DNA of 19,414 nucleotides from a virus. Lineage: Duplodnaviria; Heunggongvirae; Uroviricota; Caudoviricetes. This document shows positions 7,602-16,185 of the stretch, piece by piece. The position numbers and the translations under genes were made by a program. Numbering within the stretch: the first letter of the stretch is position 1; each line of letters opens with the position of its first letter. The stretch lies in the IMG/VR virus record IMGVR_UViG_2529292911_000011; one strand, written 5' to 3'. The notes under the pieces are model-generated. The model worked only from the letters and a program-made list of their open reading frames with translations, had not been told where the DNA came from and ran no database searches.

Positions 7602-10358
7602 ATGCGAAACATTGATCTTATCCGTCAGGTTATCAGTGCGTCTGAAAACAACTGGCCTCATGTGCTGGGCTGCCTGAACATAAATGTCCCTGACTCTCCG
7701 CGCCGTCATGCTCCCTGCCCTGCATGTGGGGGCAAAGATCGATTCCGGTTCGATGACAACGGGCGCGGTAGCTTCATCTGTAATCAGTGCGGCGCTGGTG
7801 ATGGGCTGGATTTAATTAAACGCGTAAATAACTGCGACACAACAGAGGCGGCGCTTCTTGCCGCTGATGTTCTGGGTATTGATTACCGGACAACGGAAAC
7901 ACCAGAAGCCACCAGCCAGAAACGGGAACAACTGGAAACCGAGCGCCAGCGACGCGAACAGGAGCGCCTGAAAAGGGCAGAGAAGGACGAACAACAAAGA
8001 CGGGATACGTTTTCCCGTCAGTTTGATGACATGCGCAGAAAGGCTGTAAACGGCAAATCTGATTATCTGGTTGCGAAAGGGGTAGGTGATTTTACATTCC
8101 CCGTGTTGCCCGATGGATCTCTGTTGCTGGCGCTGGTGGATAAATCCGGCGCAGTCACAGCAGCACAGACTATTACCTCACATGGTGAAAAAAGACTCCT
8201 GACAGGTTCAGCAAAGCGAGGGGCATATCACGCCATAAACGCACCAGAAACAACACAGAGCATCTTAATCGCAGAAGGGCTGGCAACGGCATTATCTGCC
8301 CATTTAATTCGTCCAGAGGCGCTGACAGTGGCGGCGATTGATGCCGGGAACCTGTTATATGTCGCCCAGGTACTGCGGGATAAATTTCCTTCAGCACAAA
8401 TCATCATTGCTGCGGATAACGACCACAGCGAAGGAAGACAAAACACGGGGAGAATAGCAGCAGAAAAAGCAGCTTTATCTGTTTCTGGATGGGTGGCATT
8501 ACCCCCGACAGATCACAAAGCAGACTGGAATGATTACCACCAAAAACACGGCATTAAATGCGCCACAGAAGCGTTCAATAAGTCAATGTACCAACCACAG
8601 GGTAATGGCGTGAAACAGGAGCCACAGACCATTGAGGGAAGCGATTTTAAGGTTATGGATACCGACCCACTGAAACCAAGAATAGAAAGCCGCGAGGATG
8701 GTATTTATTGGGTATCTCCGAGAGCTGACAGCCAGAGTGGAGAAATCATCAATAACGAAAGCTGGTTATGTTCTCCGTTAAGCGTTATCGGTACTGGCAG
8801 AGACGATAAAGACCAGTATCTCATTCTTCGCTGGCTGTCGTTTGGTTCTGAAACGCCGACAACCGCTGCCATTCCACTGGCTGATATTGGTGAACGTGAA
8901 GGATGGCGCACACTTAAAGCTGGTGGGGTAAATGTCACGACCAAAAGCAGCCTCAGAGCAATACTGGCAGACTGGCTACAACGCAGTGGCTCTCGTGAAT
9001 TGTGGCGTGTTGCTCATGCCACTGGCTGGCAATGCGGAGCGTACATCATGCCTGATGGGGAAATCATCGGAACACCTGAAAATCCTGTGCTGTTCAGCGG
9101 GAGAAGCTCAGCCGCAGCCGGATATACCGTCTCAGGGAGCGCGAAAAGCTGGCGTGATAACGTGGCGCGTCTGGCCTTTGGTAACTATTCAATGATGACC
9201 GGGATCGGCGCAGCACTGGCAGCGCCATTGATTGGGCTGGTGGGCGCTGACGGGTTCGGCATTCATTTCTATGAGCAGTCGAGCGCGGGTAAGACCACCA
9301 CGGCAAACGTGGCGAGCAGCTTATACGGCAACCCTGATTTACTGCGGCTGACGTGGTACGGAACCGCGCTGGGGCTGGCAAATGAGGCCGCCGCCCACAA
9401 TGACGGATTAATGCCGCTTGATGAAGTTGGTCAGGGCGCTGATCCTGTCAGCGTTTCACAGTCTGCCTATGCGTTATTTAACGGTGTAGGGAAACTGCAA
9501 GGCGCTAAAGATGGTGGAAACCGTGATCTAAAACGCTGGCGTACAGTGGCAATCAGCACCGGAGAAATGGATTTAGAAACATTTATCGCTACTTCTGGGC
9601 GAAAAACCAAAGCCGGGCAACTGGTGCGACTGCTGAATATTCCGTTGAGTAAAGCAGTACGCTTTCACGATTACCAGAACGGAAAACAGCACGCAGACGC
9701 ACTGAAAGACGCTTACCAGCATCACCACGGCGCAGCCGGGCGTGAGTGGATTAAATGGCTGGCAGACCACCAGCAACAGGCTATTAAAACTGTTCGTGAT
9801 TGCGAAAGCAGATGGAGAAGCCTGATCCCATCCGATTATGGTGAGCAGGTTCACCGTGTAGCCGCGCGATTTGCCATTCTGGAGGCAGCATTGCTGTTAG
9901 GCGAAGTTGTAACAGGCTGGGATGCTCAGACATGCCGTGATGCGATACAGCACAGCTATAACGCATGGTTGCGCGAGTTCGGCACAGGTAACAAAGAACA
10001 TCAGCAGATTATTGAACAAACGGAGGCATTTCTTAATGCCTATGGGCTTAGCCGTTTTGCACCATTTCCATACAGCCCGGCAGATTTGCCCATCAAAGAT
10101 TTAGCCGGATACCGTCAGCGTGGAGAACATGACGAAAGCCCAATGATTTTCTACACATTCCCGGCCACATTTGAAAAGGAGATCGCATGTGGTTTCAACG
10201 CAAAACAGTTTGCTGAAGTGTTGAAAAAAGCCGGGATGCTAACCCCACCAAACAGCGGTCGTGGATACCAAAGAAAATCACCACGTATTCAGGGACGACA
10301 AATAAACGTTTATGTACTCAATTACCAGCCAGGAGATTATAACTCATCTGAAGAATGA
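7602..10358 (+). CDS. DNA primase-helicase (N-terminal zinc ribbon + TOPRIM + C-terminal P-loop ATPase), P4 alpha / PICI Pri-Rep type
   Basis: 918 aa. Cys cluster 'CPACGG...CNQCG' near the N-terminus; TOPRIM-like 'LIAEGLATALS' and 'IIAADNDHSEG'; Walker A-like 'YEQSSAGKTT'. Iteron cluster lies immediately downstream. Confidence 0.9.
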   Translation: MRNIDLIRQVISASENNWPHVLGCLNINVPDSPRRHAPCPACGGKDRFRFDDNGRGSFICNQCGAGDGLDLIKRVNNCDTTEAALLAADVLGIDYRTTETPEATSQKREQLETERQRREQERLKRAEKDEQQRRDTFSRQFDDMRRKAVNGKSDYLVAKGVGDFTFPVLPDGSLLLALVDKSGAVTAAQTITSHGEKRLLTGSAKRGAYHAINAPETTQSILIAEGLATALSAHLIRPEALTVAAIDAGNLLYVAQVLRDKFPSAQIIIAADNDHSEGRQNTGRIAAEKAALSVSGWVALPPTDHKADWNDYHQKHGIKCATEAFNKSMYQPQGNGVKQEPQTIEGSDFKVMDTDPLKPRIESREDGIYWVSPRADSQSGEIINNESWLCSPLSVIGTGRDDKDQYLILRWLSFGSETPTTAAIPLADIGEREGWRTLKAGGVNVTTKSSLRAILADWLQRSGSRELWRVAHATGWQCGAYIMPDGEIIGTPENPVLFSGRSSAAAGYTVSGSAKSWRDNVARLAFGNYSMMTGIGAALAAPLIGLVGADGFGIHFYEQSSAGKTTTANVASSLYGNPDLLRLTWYGTALGLANEAAAHNDGLMPLDEVGQGADPVSVSQSAYALFNGVGKLQGAKDGGNRDLKRWRTVAISTGEMDLETFIATSGRKTKAGQLVRLLNIPLSKAVRFHDYQNGKQHADALKDAYQHHHGAAGREWIKWLADHQQQAIKTVRDCESRWRSLIPSDYGEQVHRVAARFAILEAALLLGEVVTGWDAQTCRDAIQHSYNAWLREFGTGNKEHQQIIEQTEAFLNAYGLSRFAPFPYSPADLPIKDLAGYRQRGEHDESPMIFYTFPATFEKEIACGFNAKQFAEVLKKAGMLTPPNSGRGYQRKSPRIQGRQINVYVLNYQPGDYNSSEE

Positions 10359-10370
10359 GCTTCTTCATGT

Positions 10371-10484
10371 GCGTAGAAAAGGTGTTGGTTCAGTTGGTTC
10401 AGTTGGTTCAATTTGCAAAGAGTATTGTTTTGTAAGGATTTTATTCTTTTTATTGAACCAACACTGAACCAACAACACGGTATT
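10371..10484 (+). repeat. Iteron cluster A (putative origin of replication)
   Basis: Three tandem 9-bp 'GTTGGTTCA' repeats (10374-10400), a ~40-bp AT-rich spacer, then three inverted 'TGAACCAAC' copies (10444-10452, 10455-10463, 10476-10484). Sits directly 3' of the primase-helicase. Confidence 0.8.
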
Positions 10485-10813
10485 TTGAACCAACACAATG
10501 TGACTGAATTGATGCGCTCAACACCTGGCTGGCATCAGAGAGTGTTTTACGAGACTTTCGTAAAATCCTGTGTACAAGGGCGTGACGTTTTTGAAAGTGA
10601 GCACTACGAAATTTTCGTAGTTCAGAAAACAGCCCCTGAGAAGTTGTTATGCCTGTTCAGCAAACCATCCGCATAGCTGATCGCGAATCAAATTACCAAT
10701 GGAGCCAGAAGCAAGGGCAGAACTGAAAAGCGCCTGCCGTGAAGAGTAATGCGACACCATAAATATAGTTTTTAGAGTCCATAAAAAACCTGTCAAAACC
10801 TGACACACAGAAC

Positions 10814-10848
10814 GATGCCACCAGCTACTGAGCGGTGGCATTTTTTTG
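10814..10848 (+). terminator. Rho-independent terminator
   Basis: Stem 'TGCCACC' (10816-10822) / 'GGTGGCA' (10834-10840) with an 11-nt loop, followed by TTTTTTT (10841-10847). Confidence 0.7.
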
Positions 10849-10909
10849 TGCTGTTTGTTTCATATTTTGCAATTACGATGATGAATATTGCGATTTGTGA
10901 AACTATAAT

Positions 10910-10929
10910 AACTGTTGTTTTATACAGTT
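10910..10929 (+). promoter_or_regulatory. LexA-box-like site (putative SOS operator) in the cargo operon promoter region
   Basis: 'AACTGTTGTTTTATACAGTT' = CTGT-N8-ACAG with AT-rich centre; 15/20 identical to the box at 18749-18768, including both flanks. Lies between a 'TATAAT' hexamer (10904-10909) and the SD 'AAGGGGG' of the ORF at 10943. Confidence 0.45.
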
Positions 10930-10942
10930 CTAAGGGGGCGTT

Positions 10943-11116
10943 ATGGCTATTTCAGTAAAGCCGGTATTGATAAGTGAGAAGCAAATGGAAGCGATAAAGA
11001 AAATTCAGGAGGAGCAGCGTAAAAAATCAGAGGTAGGAGTTGCGCCAACGATCCACGAAATTGCTCGGGGATTAATGGATAAGGCGCTGGCTTACACTTT
11101 AACTGGACGTGGGTAA
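10943..11116 (+). CDS. Small protein (57 aa), possible ribbon-helix-helix DNA-binding protein
   Basis: Not in the ORF track (under 60 aa). ATG 10943 with SD 'AAGGGGG' (10932-10938). 'KPVLISEKQMEAIKKIQEE...GVAPTIHEIARGLMDKAL' has a strand-helix-loop-helix layout compatible with an Arc/CopG-like fold. Ends 4 nt before the next ATG. Confidence 0.45.
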   Translation: MAISVKPVLISEKQMEAIKKIQEEQRKKSEVGVAPTIHEIARGLMDKALAYTLTGRG

Positions 11117-11120
11117 ATCA

Positions 11121-12587
11121 ATGGCTACGTGGCAACAGGGTATTAATTCTGGTGGTTTTCTGGCTGGCATCGGTACGCAAAATGAGAATGCGCCAAAGGC
11201 AAGCGACATTAACGCAACGCTTGGTCTGATTCGCGAAAACAATGAACTGGCTCGATCAGGTGCAAATAACGTTGCTCTGACAGGTCTTCGTGGTCTGGCT
11301 GGAGTTGCTGATATTTATAAGCAGCAGCAACAGCAGGAGCGTAAAGCGGCATTCCAGAAAGGTTATGCAGATGCTTATGCGTCCGGTGACAGGGAGCAGA
11401 TGCGTAATCTTATTACAGCATTCCCAGAAGAGTTTGAGGAAGTCCGTAAAGGGATGAGTTATGTCGATGATGCTCAAAGGGATGATTATGGCAATCTGGC
11501 GCTCAAAGCACAGGTAGCCTCATCGCTTGGTCCGGGCGCATTTGGCAGGTTCATGATGGATAATGAGCAGGAGATGCGTCGTTTAGGTATCCCTCCAGAA
11601 ACTATTGCTGAAATGCAGGTTAATGACCCGCAGGGCTTCCAGCATTTCGCAGGTAATCTGGCGCTGTTTTCTCTCGGTCATGAGAAGTATTTCGATATCA
11701 AAGATCAAATGGAAAGTCGGGATATTGAGCGTGGCAAGTTGGCAGAGACAATCCGCAGCAATCAGGCTGGTGAAGCACTTCAGGCGAGAGGGCAGGATAT
11801 TAGCCGAGCAAATGCGTTAACGTCAGCATATGCACCAACAGCAGCAATGCAGAATTACAATCAGTACGCGCAAATGTTAAAGGCTGATCCAGAGGGGGCG
11901 GCGGCATTTGCGGCAGCGGCTGGAATTAATACAAACACCAAAAAATTAATGAGTGTTAGAGAAAACGATGATGGCACTGTCACAAAATACTACACAGACG
12001 GAAGTGAAGAGCAGGGAAAACTAAACCAGCCAATATCTGGAGATGGGTTTCGTCCAATAGCTTTGCCAACAGCCCAAAAGATCATGGAAAAGTCGCCAGA
12101 AGGGGCTAAAAAAGCTGCTGGATTTGCATACAGGGTTAGGGATGCTCTTGATTCAATAGATACACTGAAAGACCAGCTTAGCCCACAGCGAGTGGCGATC
12201 ATTAATAATGCTTTGGGTAATGGGACGCTGGCTAACTTAACGCTCAGCCCAGCAGAGCAGCAATACGTTGTTAATGCTAATGACGCAATAATGGCAATAC
12301 TCCGTCAGGAAACAGGGGCAGCTATCGCACCTGCTGAAATGTCAAAATATTATCAAATGTATTTCCCTCAGCCTGGCGACTCCACAAAAACCATTGATAC
12401 CAAGCGCCGGAAGATGGAAAACCAGTTCAATTCGCTGAAAGCTGCTTCTGGTCGAACTTATGATGCTTTGCGGGTTATTTCAGCAGTTGACAGAGGAACT
12501 GCTTCTTCGTCGCAGACATTGCCGCAATCTGAGCAGGTATCACAGCCAGCAGCCAGCAGTAACTTTTCTTCACTATGGGGTGATTAA
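11121..12587 (+). CDS. Hypothetical protein (488 aa), Gln/Ala-rich, function unknown
   Basis: ATG 11121 (the track's GTG at 11109 is an alternative start). Poly-Q stretch 'KQQQQQERK', Ala-rich tracts; no catalytic motif recognised. Stop overlaps the start of the next gene (TAATG). Confidence 0.8.
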   Translation: MATWQQGINSGGFLAGIGTQNENAPKASDINATLGLIRENNELARSGANNVALTGLRGLAGVADIYKQQQQQERKAAFQKGYADAYASGDREQMRNLITAFPEEFEEVRKGMSYVDDAQRDDYGNLALKAQVASSLGPGAFGRFMMDNEQEMRRLGIPPETIAEMQVNDPQGFQHFAGNLALFSLGHEKYFDIKDQMESRDIERGKLAETIRSNQAGEALQARGQDISRANALTSAYAPTAAMQNYNQYAQMLKADPEGAAAFAAAAGINTNTKKLMSVRENDDGTVTKYYTDGSEEQGKLNQPISGDGFRPIALPTAQKIMEKSPEGAKKAAGFAYRVRDALDSIDTLKDQLSPQRVAIINNALGNGTLANLTLSPAEQQYVVNANDAIMAILRQETGAAIAPAEMSKYYQMYFPQPGDSTKTIDTKRRKMENQFNSLKAASGRTYDALRVISAVDRGTASSSQTLPQSEQVSQPAASSNFSSLWGD

Positions 12588-14692
12588 TGGCTAAAGCATG
12601 GAAAGATGTTATCGCCTCTCCACAGTATCAGGCGTTAGCACCAGAACAAAAAGCGCAGGCTCAGGAGCAATACTTCAATGAAGTCGTTGCCCCGCAAGCC
12701 GGAGAAAGTGTAGAGCAGGCTAAGCAGGCTTTTTATGCTGCCTATCCACTACCATCAACGAATGAAATAGACCGATCCCAATCAGCAACTCAAAATATTC
12801 AACATACATCATCTGATAATTCTATTGCGTCAGGGTATGCAAAGTTAGCTACTCAGCAAAGAGAGGGGCTTGAGCGTTCAGCAGAACAGGGAGCCAGTCT
12901 TGGGGCTGCGATGCGCGATGCTATAACAGGCGAAAGCCGAATGACTCCAGAGATGGAGAGACTGCAAAATGTCGACCTTGCCCCAGAGTTAACCTCACTC
13001 AGCATGGATGCTCTAAAAGCTCGATGGTCTCAACTTTTCGGCTCTGACGCATCTCAGGAAAAGATTCTTCAGAGCATGGGAGCGAAATTAAGGCAGGATG
13101 AGAAGGGTAACACTATCGTTTCCCTGCCATCCGGTGATTATGCTCTGAACAAGCCGGGTTTATCGCCGCAAGACGTGGCATCGTTTCTGGCTAATGCGCT
13201 GGCGTTTACACCAGCGGGCAGGGCCGGAACGGTGCTGGGGGCCATAGGGAAATCAGCAGCTACAGATTTAGCACTACAGGGAGCCACCAGCCTCGCTGGT
13301 GGAGAAGATATTGATCCGTTACAAACGGTAATTTCTGCTGGCATTGGTGGTATTGGTAAGGGGCTGGAAAATACAGCGAGTGCGGTTTCGAGGGCTGTTC
13401 GTGGTGATATGTCGCCTGAAGCAAAGGCTGCTGTCGACTTTGCATCGGAAAGAAATCTGCCGTTAATGACCAGTGACATGCTGAAAGATAAAACCTTTAT
13501 GCAGAGTCAGGCTCAGACATTAGGCGAAAGAGTTCCTTTTTTTGGAACCGGTAAGAATCGGCTGAATCAACAACAAGCACGAGAAAATTTAGTCAGAACA
13601 TTTAGCGATGGTCTGGGTGGCATTTCTGATAAACAGCTTTATGAATCTGCGACTAAAGGGCAACAAAAATTCATTGAGGCAGCAGGAAAGCGATATAACC
13701 GCATAATTGACGCTATGGGGGATACCCCTGTCGATCTCTCAAACACGGTAAAAGCTATCGACAATCAGATTGCCGTGTTAAGCCGCCCGGGCAAATCTCA
13801 GGATAGAGCCGCGGTAAAAGTCTTGCAGCAATTTAAAGACGATATCACCAGCGGACCAAATGACCTGCGTCTGGCGAGGGAAAACAGAACCGATCTTCGA
13901 AAGCGATTTATGGCGTCATCTGACACTGTTGATAAAGATACGCTCCAGAAAGCCAGCGATATTATCTACAAGGCATATACGGCGGATATGAAAAAAGCCG
14001 TAGCCAAAAATCTTGGAGCAGACGAAGCTATTAATATGGCAAGGGTTGATCGCTCATGGTCTAAATTCAATGACATGATGGGAAGAACGCGCGTTCAAAA
14101 GGCAATAGCCAGCGGCAAGGCCACGCCTGAGGATGTAACAAAACTTGTTTTTAGCCAAAGCCCATCAGAACGTTCTCAGCTTTACAGGCTTCTGGATGAC
14201 AATGGTAGGCAAAACGCACGAGCAGCCATAGTTCAGAATGCTGTAGATAAGGCGACTGATCCGTCTGGAAATATCAGTGTTGAGAAGTTTATTAATGCGT
14301 TACACCGGAACAGGAAGCAATCAGCAACTTTCTTTAAAGGCATACATGGAAAGGAACTGGACGGCGTTATTAAATACCTCAACGATACAAGACACGCGGC
14401 AAAAGCGAACGTTCAAAACTTAAATGGTCAGCAGCTTTATGGATTGTTAGTTGGTGGTGGCATCATAAACGCAGCAGTATTAGCGGGGATGCTAAAAACG
14501 GCTGCGTTTGTTGTTCCTGCTGCTGGTGCCGTAGGCGGAGCAGCGAAGGCATACGAAAGCCCTGTTATACGAAATGCCTTGTTACGTCTGGCAAATACGC
14601 CAAAAGGTAGCACAGCATATGACAGAGCGATCAGTACGGTCACACAATCACTGACCACAGCAGCACAAGCATCGCAAAAGGAAGCTCAATAA
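12587..14692 (+). CDS. Hypothetical protein (701 aa), helical low-complexity with a C-terminal Gly/Ala-rich hydrophobic segment, function unknown
   Basis: Translationally coupled to the upstream gene. Residues ~617-656 'LYGLLVGGGIINAAVLAGMLKTAAFVVPAAGAVGGAAKAY' (nt ~14435-14554) look like a glycine-zipper/transmembrane segment. No nucleotide-binding or nuclease motif recognised. Confidence 0.85.
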   Translation: MAKAWKDVIASPQYQALAPEQKAQAQEQYFNEVVAPQAGESVEQAKQAFYAAYPLPSTNEIDRSQSATQNIQHTSSDNSIASGYAKLATQQREGLERSAEQGASLGAAMRDAITGESRMTPEMERLQNVDLAPELTSLSMDALKARWSQLFGSDASQEKILQSMGAKLRQDEKGNTIVSLPSGDYALNKPGLSPQDVASFLANALAFTPAGRAGTVLGAIGKSAATDLALQGATSLAGGEDIDPLQTVISAGIGGIGKGLENTASAVSRAVRGDMSPEAKAAVDFASERNLPLMTSDMLKDKTFMQSQAQTLGERVPFFGTGKNRLNQQQARENLVRTFSDGLGGISDKQLYESATKGQQKFIEAAGKRYNRIIDAMGDTPVDLSNTVKAIDNQIAVLSRPGKSQDRAAVKVLQQFKDDITSGPNDLRLARENRTDLRKRFMASSDTVDKDTLQKASDIIYKAYTADMKKAVAKNLGADEAINMARVDRSWSKFNDMMGRTRVQKAIASGKATPEDVTKLVFSQSPSERSQLYRLLDDNGRQNARAAIVQNAVDKATDPSGNISVEKFINALHRNRKQSATFFKGIHGKELDGVIKYLNDTRHAAKANVQNLNGQQLYGLLVGGGIINAAVLAGMLKTAAFVVPAAGAVGGAAKAYESPVIRNALLRLANTPKGSTAYDRAISTVTQSLTTAAQASQKEAQ

Positions 14693-14753
14693 CAGATGGC
14701 CATGGATGGTTGGTTATAATAGTAATTAGTATTTTTTCAAATAGTTATGAACA

Positions 14754-15152
14754 TTAACACTTGCCTTTAACATTGCCGACAAATGAGCCTGTAAATGAGC
14801 CTATATCAGATCGACTAATTGTTCGTGTATGGATCACTTTTCCGTCATTTGAGATTGCCCATGTGACAAGCGTCAGTTGACCATCTCGATAGCTTCTTCC
14901 CATCATGGCATTCGGAGATAGCGGGTAATAATCAATACCTCCACCTATACCATCTTTTGCCAAGATAAGATCCGCCTTCTCTTTACTTATTACCAAATGA
15001 AAGGTATCTGGTATAGATGATAACTTATAGTTATACCCATCTGAACTTGAGGCTTCTTGTCCTTTCAGATCACCAATAATCCAGCATTCAGCGTTCGCTC
15101 CAAAAGAAGCAAATAATAAACCGGAGACAACCAATCGCTTCAATTGATTCAC
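14754..15152 (-). CDS. Small secreted protein with Sec signal peptide (133-aa precursor)
   Basis: GTG start at 15152 with strong SD 'AAGGGAGGG' 5 nt upstream on the minus strand; N-terminus 'MNQLKRLVVSGLLFASFGANA|ECW' is a classic signal peptide with an AxA site. The track's upstream extension to 15278 would bury the signal peptide and is rejected. AT-rich. Mature protein has Cys near both ends. Confidence 0.65.
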   Translation of the reverse strand: MNQLKRLVVSGLLFASFGANAECWIIGDLKGQEASSSDGYNYKLSSIPDTFHLVISKEKADLILAKDGIGGGIDYYPLSPNAMMGRSYRDGQLTLVTWAISNDGKVIHTRTISRSDIGSFTGSFVGNVKGKC

Positions 15153-15291
15153 ACCAACCCTCCCTTTAGCGTTGTTTAGAATGGCAATCATCATATATCC
15201 AAGACATGGCATTTGGTACATAGCTTGGGTCGGGATTTCAAATCCGATCCCCGTTGATGGGGCCGTTACAGTGCGCACATATCCGCTTTAT

Positions 15292-15552
15292 GTGAAACAG
15301 GAAGATTTTTCTGATATCACTGCCACAGCAAAACACCAATTTCGAGACAAGTACGCGTGCGAGGGGTATCAGTTGCAAAAAATTTTGCAACTACGTCCGA
15401 CCAGTATGCACACGATGGCGGGGGGATACCATAAAACTGTTCTCTACATGAGACAGAGTGGTGGTGATGTGTTGATTATCGGCGTATATGCGCACAGGAC
15501 GCGCTATGACGATGTTTTATGCGGGTACACCAATCACATGTATCTGGTGTGA
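15292..15552 (+). CDS. Hypothetical small protein (~86 aa), possibly RelE/ParE-like fold
   Basis: C-terminal 'GGYHKTVLYMRQSGGDVLIIGVYAHRTRYDDV' loosely fits the RelE/ParE core pattern. Start is uncertain (GTG 15292 or 15271; no clear SD). No antitoxin partner seen. Confidence 0.3.
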   Translation: MKQEDFSDITATAKHQFRDKYACEGYQLQKILQLRPTSMHTMAGGYHKTVLYMRQSGGDVLIIGVYAHRTRYDDVLCGYTNHMYLV

Positions 15553-16185
15553 TAAATCGCGTTACATGACCTCTCATGTTGTGCTGGTGGTTATCACGAC
15601 GTTCTGAATCTGGCCTTTGCCTGGTATTTTGCGACAAGTACGCGCGCGTAGCATCGAAATAATCGGATGGCGTATGCTGCTGGTAATATGAAGACCGATA
15701 GCATTAACCGAAAGGAGAAAGACTTCTCGATAACGGCAAGGGGGCTGAATTGCGAGGCGAGATTAAGCAACTGTCTTGAACGTAAAAATCATGGAGCAAC
15801 ATGATGGTACGATTCATTCCATTCTTCGTTCTTTCTGAGCATTGCGTTCAGGCTTAGTCAAAATTAGTGTTGCGAGCGGACCTATTAGTAATTGTTGGTG
15901 CGATGCGCCTGTTATGGATTGTTATGGTTGTGGCAGGCCTGATTAATATCCAGTATGACCACCAGCTATGAGAGGCCACCTCAGTGGTTCGCAGTTGCAG
16001 GTTTGCACTCAGGTTCGCAGGGTTTTGGCTACTTTCACGTGCGAACCTGCAGAATTGCAAAGGACAACTAAGTCCTCTGGCCAACTCCCGGTTTATGAGC
16101 GACACAGTCCGCCTGGCGCATCGTTTTCGTCGAGTGCGCCCATCAGCTTGTCCATGGACTATCCACCACTCGATATTAAAGCTAA

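Noticed and set aside
7812-10104. Multiple minus- and plus-strand ORFs of 60-95 aa inside the primase-helicase gene
   Set aside because: All lie within the 918-aa CDS, lack ribosome binding sites and have biased W/R/C/P-rich composition; shadows of the primase frame.
10371-10484. Possible CRISPR array suggested by short tandem repeats
   Set aside because: The repeats are only 9 bp, partly in inverted orientation, with no regular spacer-sized intervals; they fit replication iterons next to a primase-helicase.
10413-10676. 87-aa plus-strand ORF starting inside the iteron cluster
   Set aside because: It starts within the inverted iterons of the origin, has no ribosome binding site and runs into the terminator region; the region is better explained as non-coding origin sequence.
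11109-11120. GTG at 11109 as the start of the 488-aa gene (ORF-track start)
   Set aside because: It overlaps the last codons of the upstream small ORF; ATG 11121 directly after that ORF's stop is the simpler start. The GTG cannot be excluded without data.
12587-14692. Walker A ATPase motif in the 701-aa protein ('GIGGIGKG')
   Set aside because: The glycine-rich stretch lacks the Ser/Thr after the Lys and sits in low-complexity sequence without a Walker B partner; it is treated as compositional.
14754-15278. Longer 174-aa version of the secreted protein, and the overlapping 126-aa plus-strand ORF from 15172
   Set aside because: The extension would place the signal peptide 42 residues from the N-terminus and lacks a ribosome binding site, whereas GTG 15152 has a strong one. 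The plus-strand ORF's N-terminal part is then the shadow of that rejected extension.
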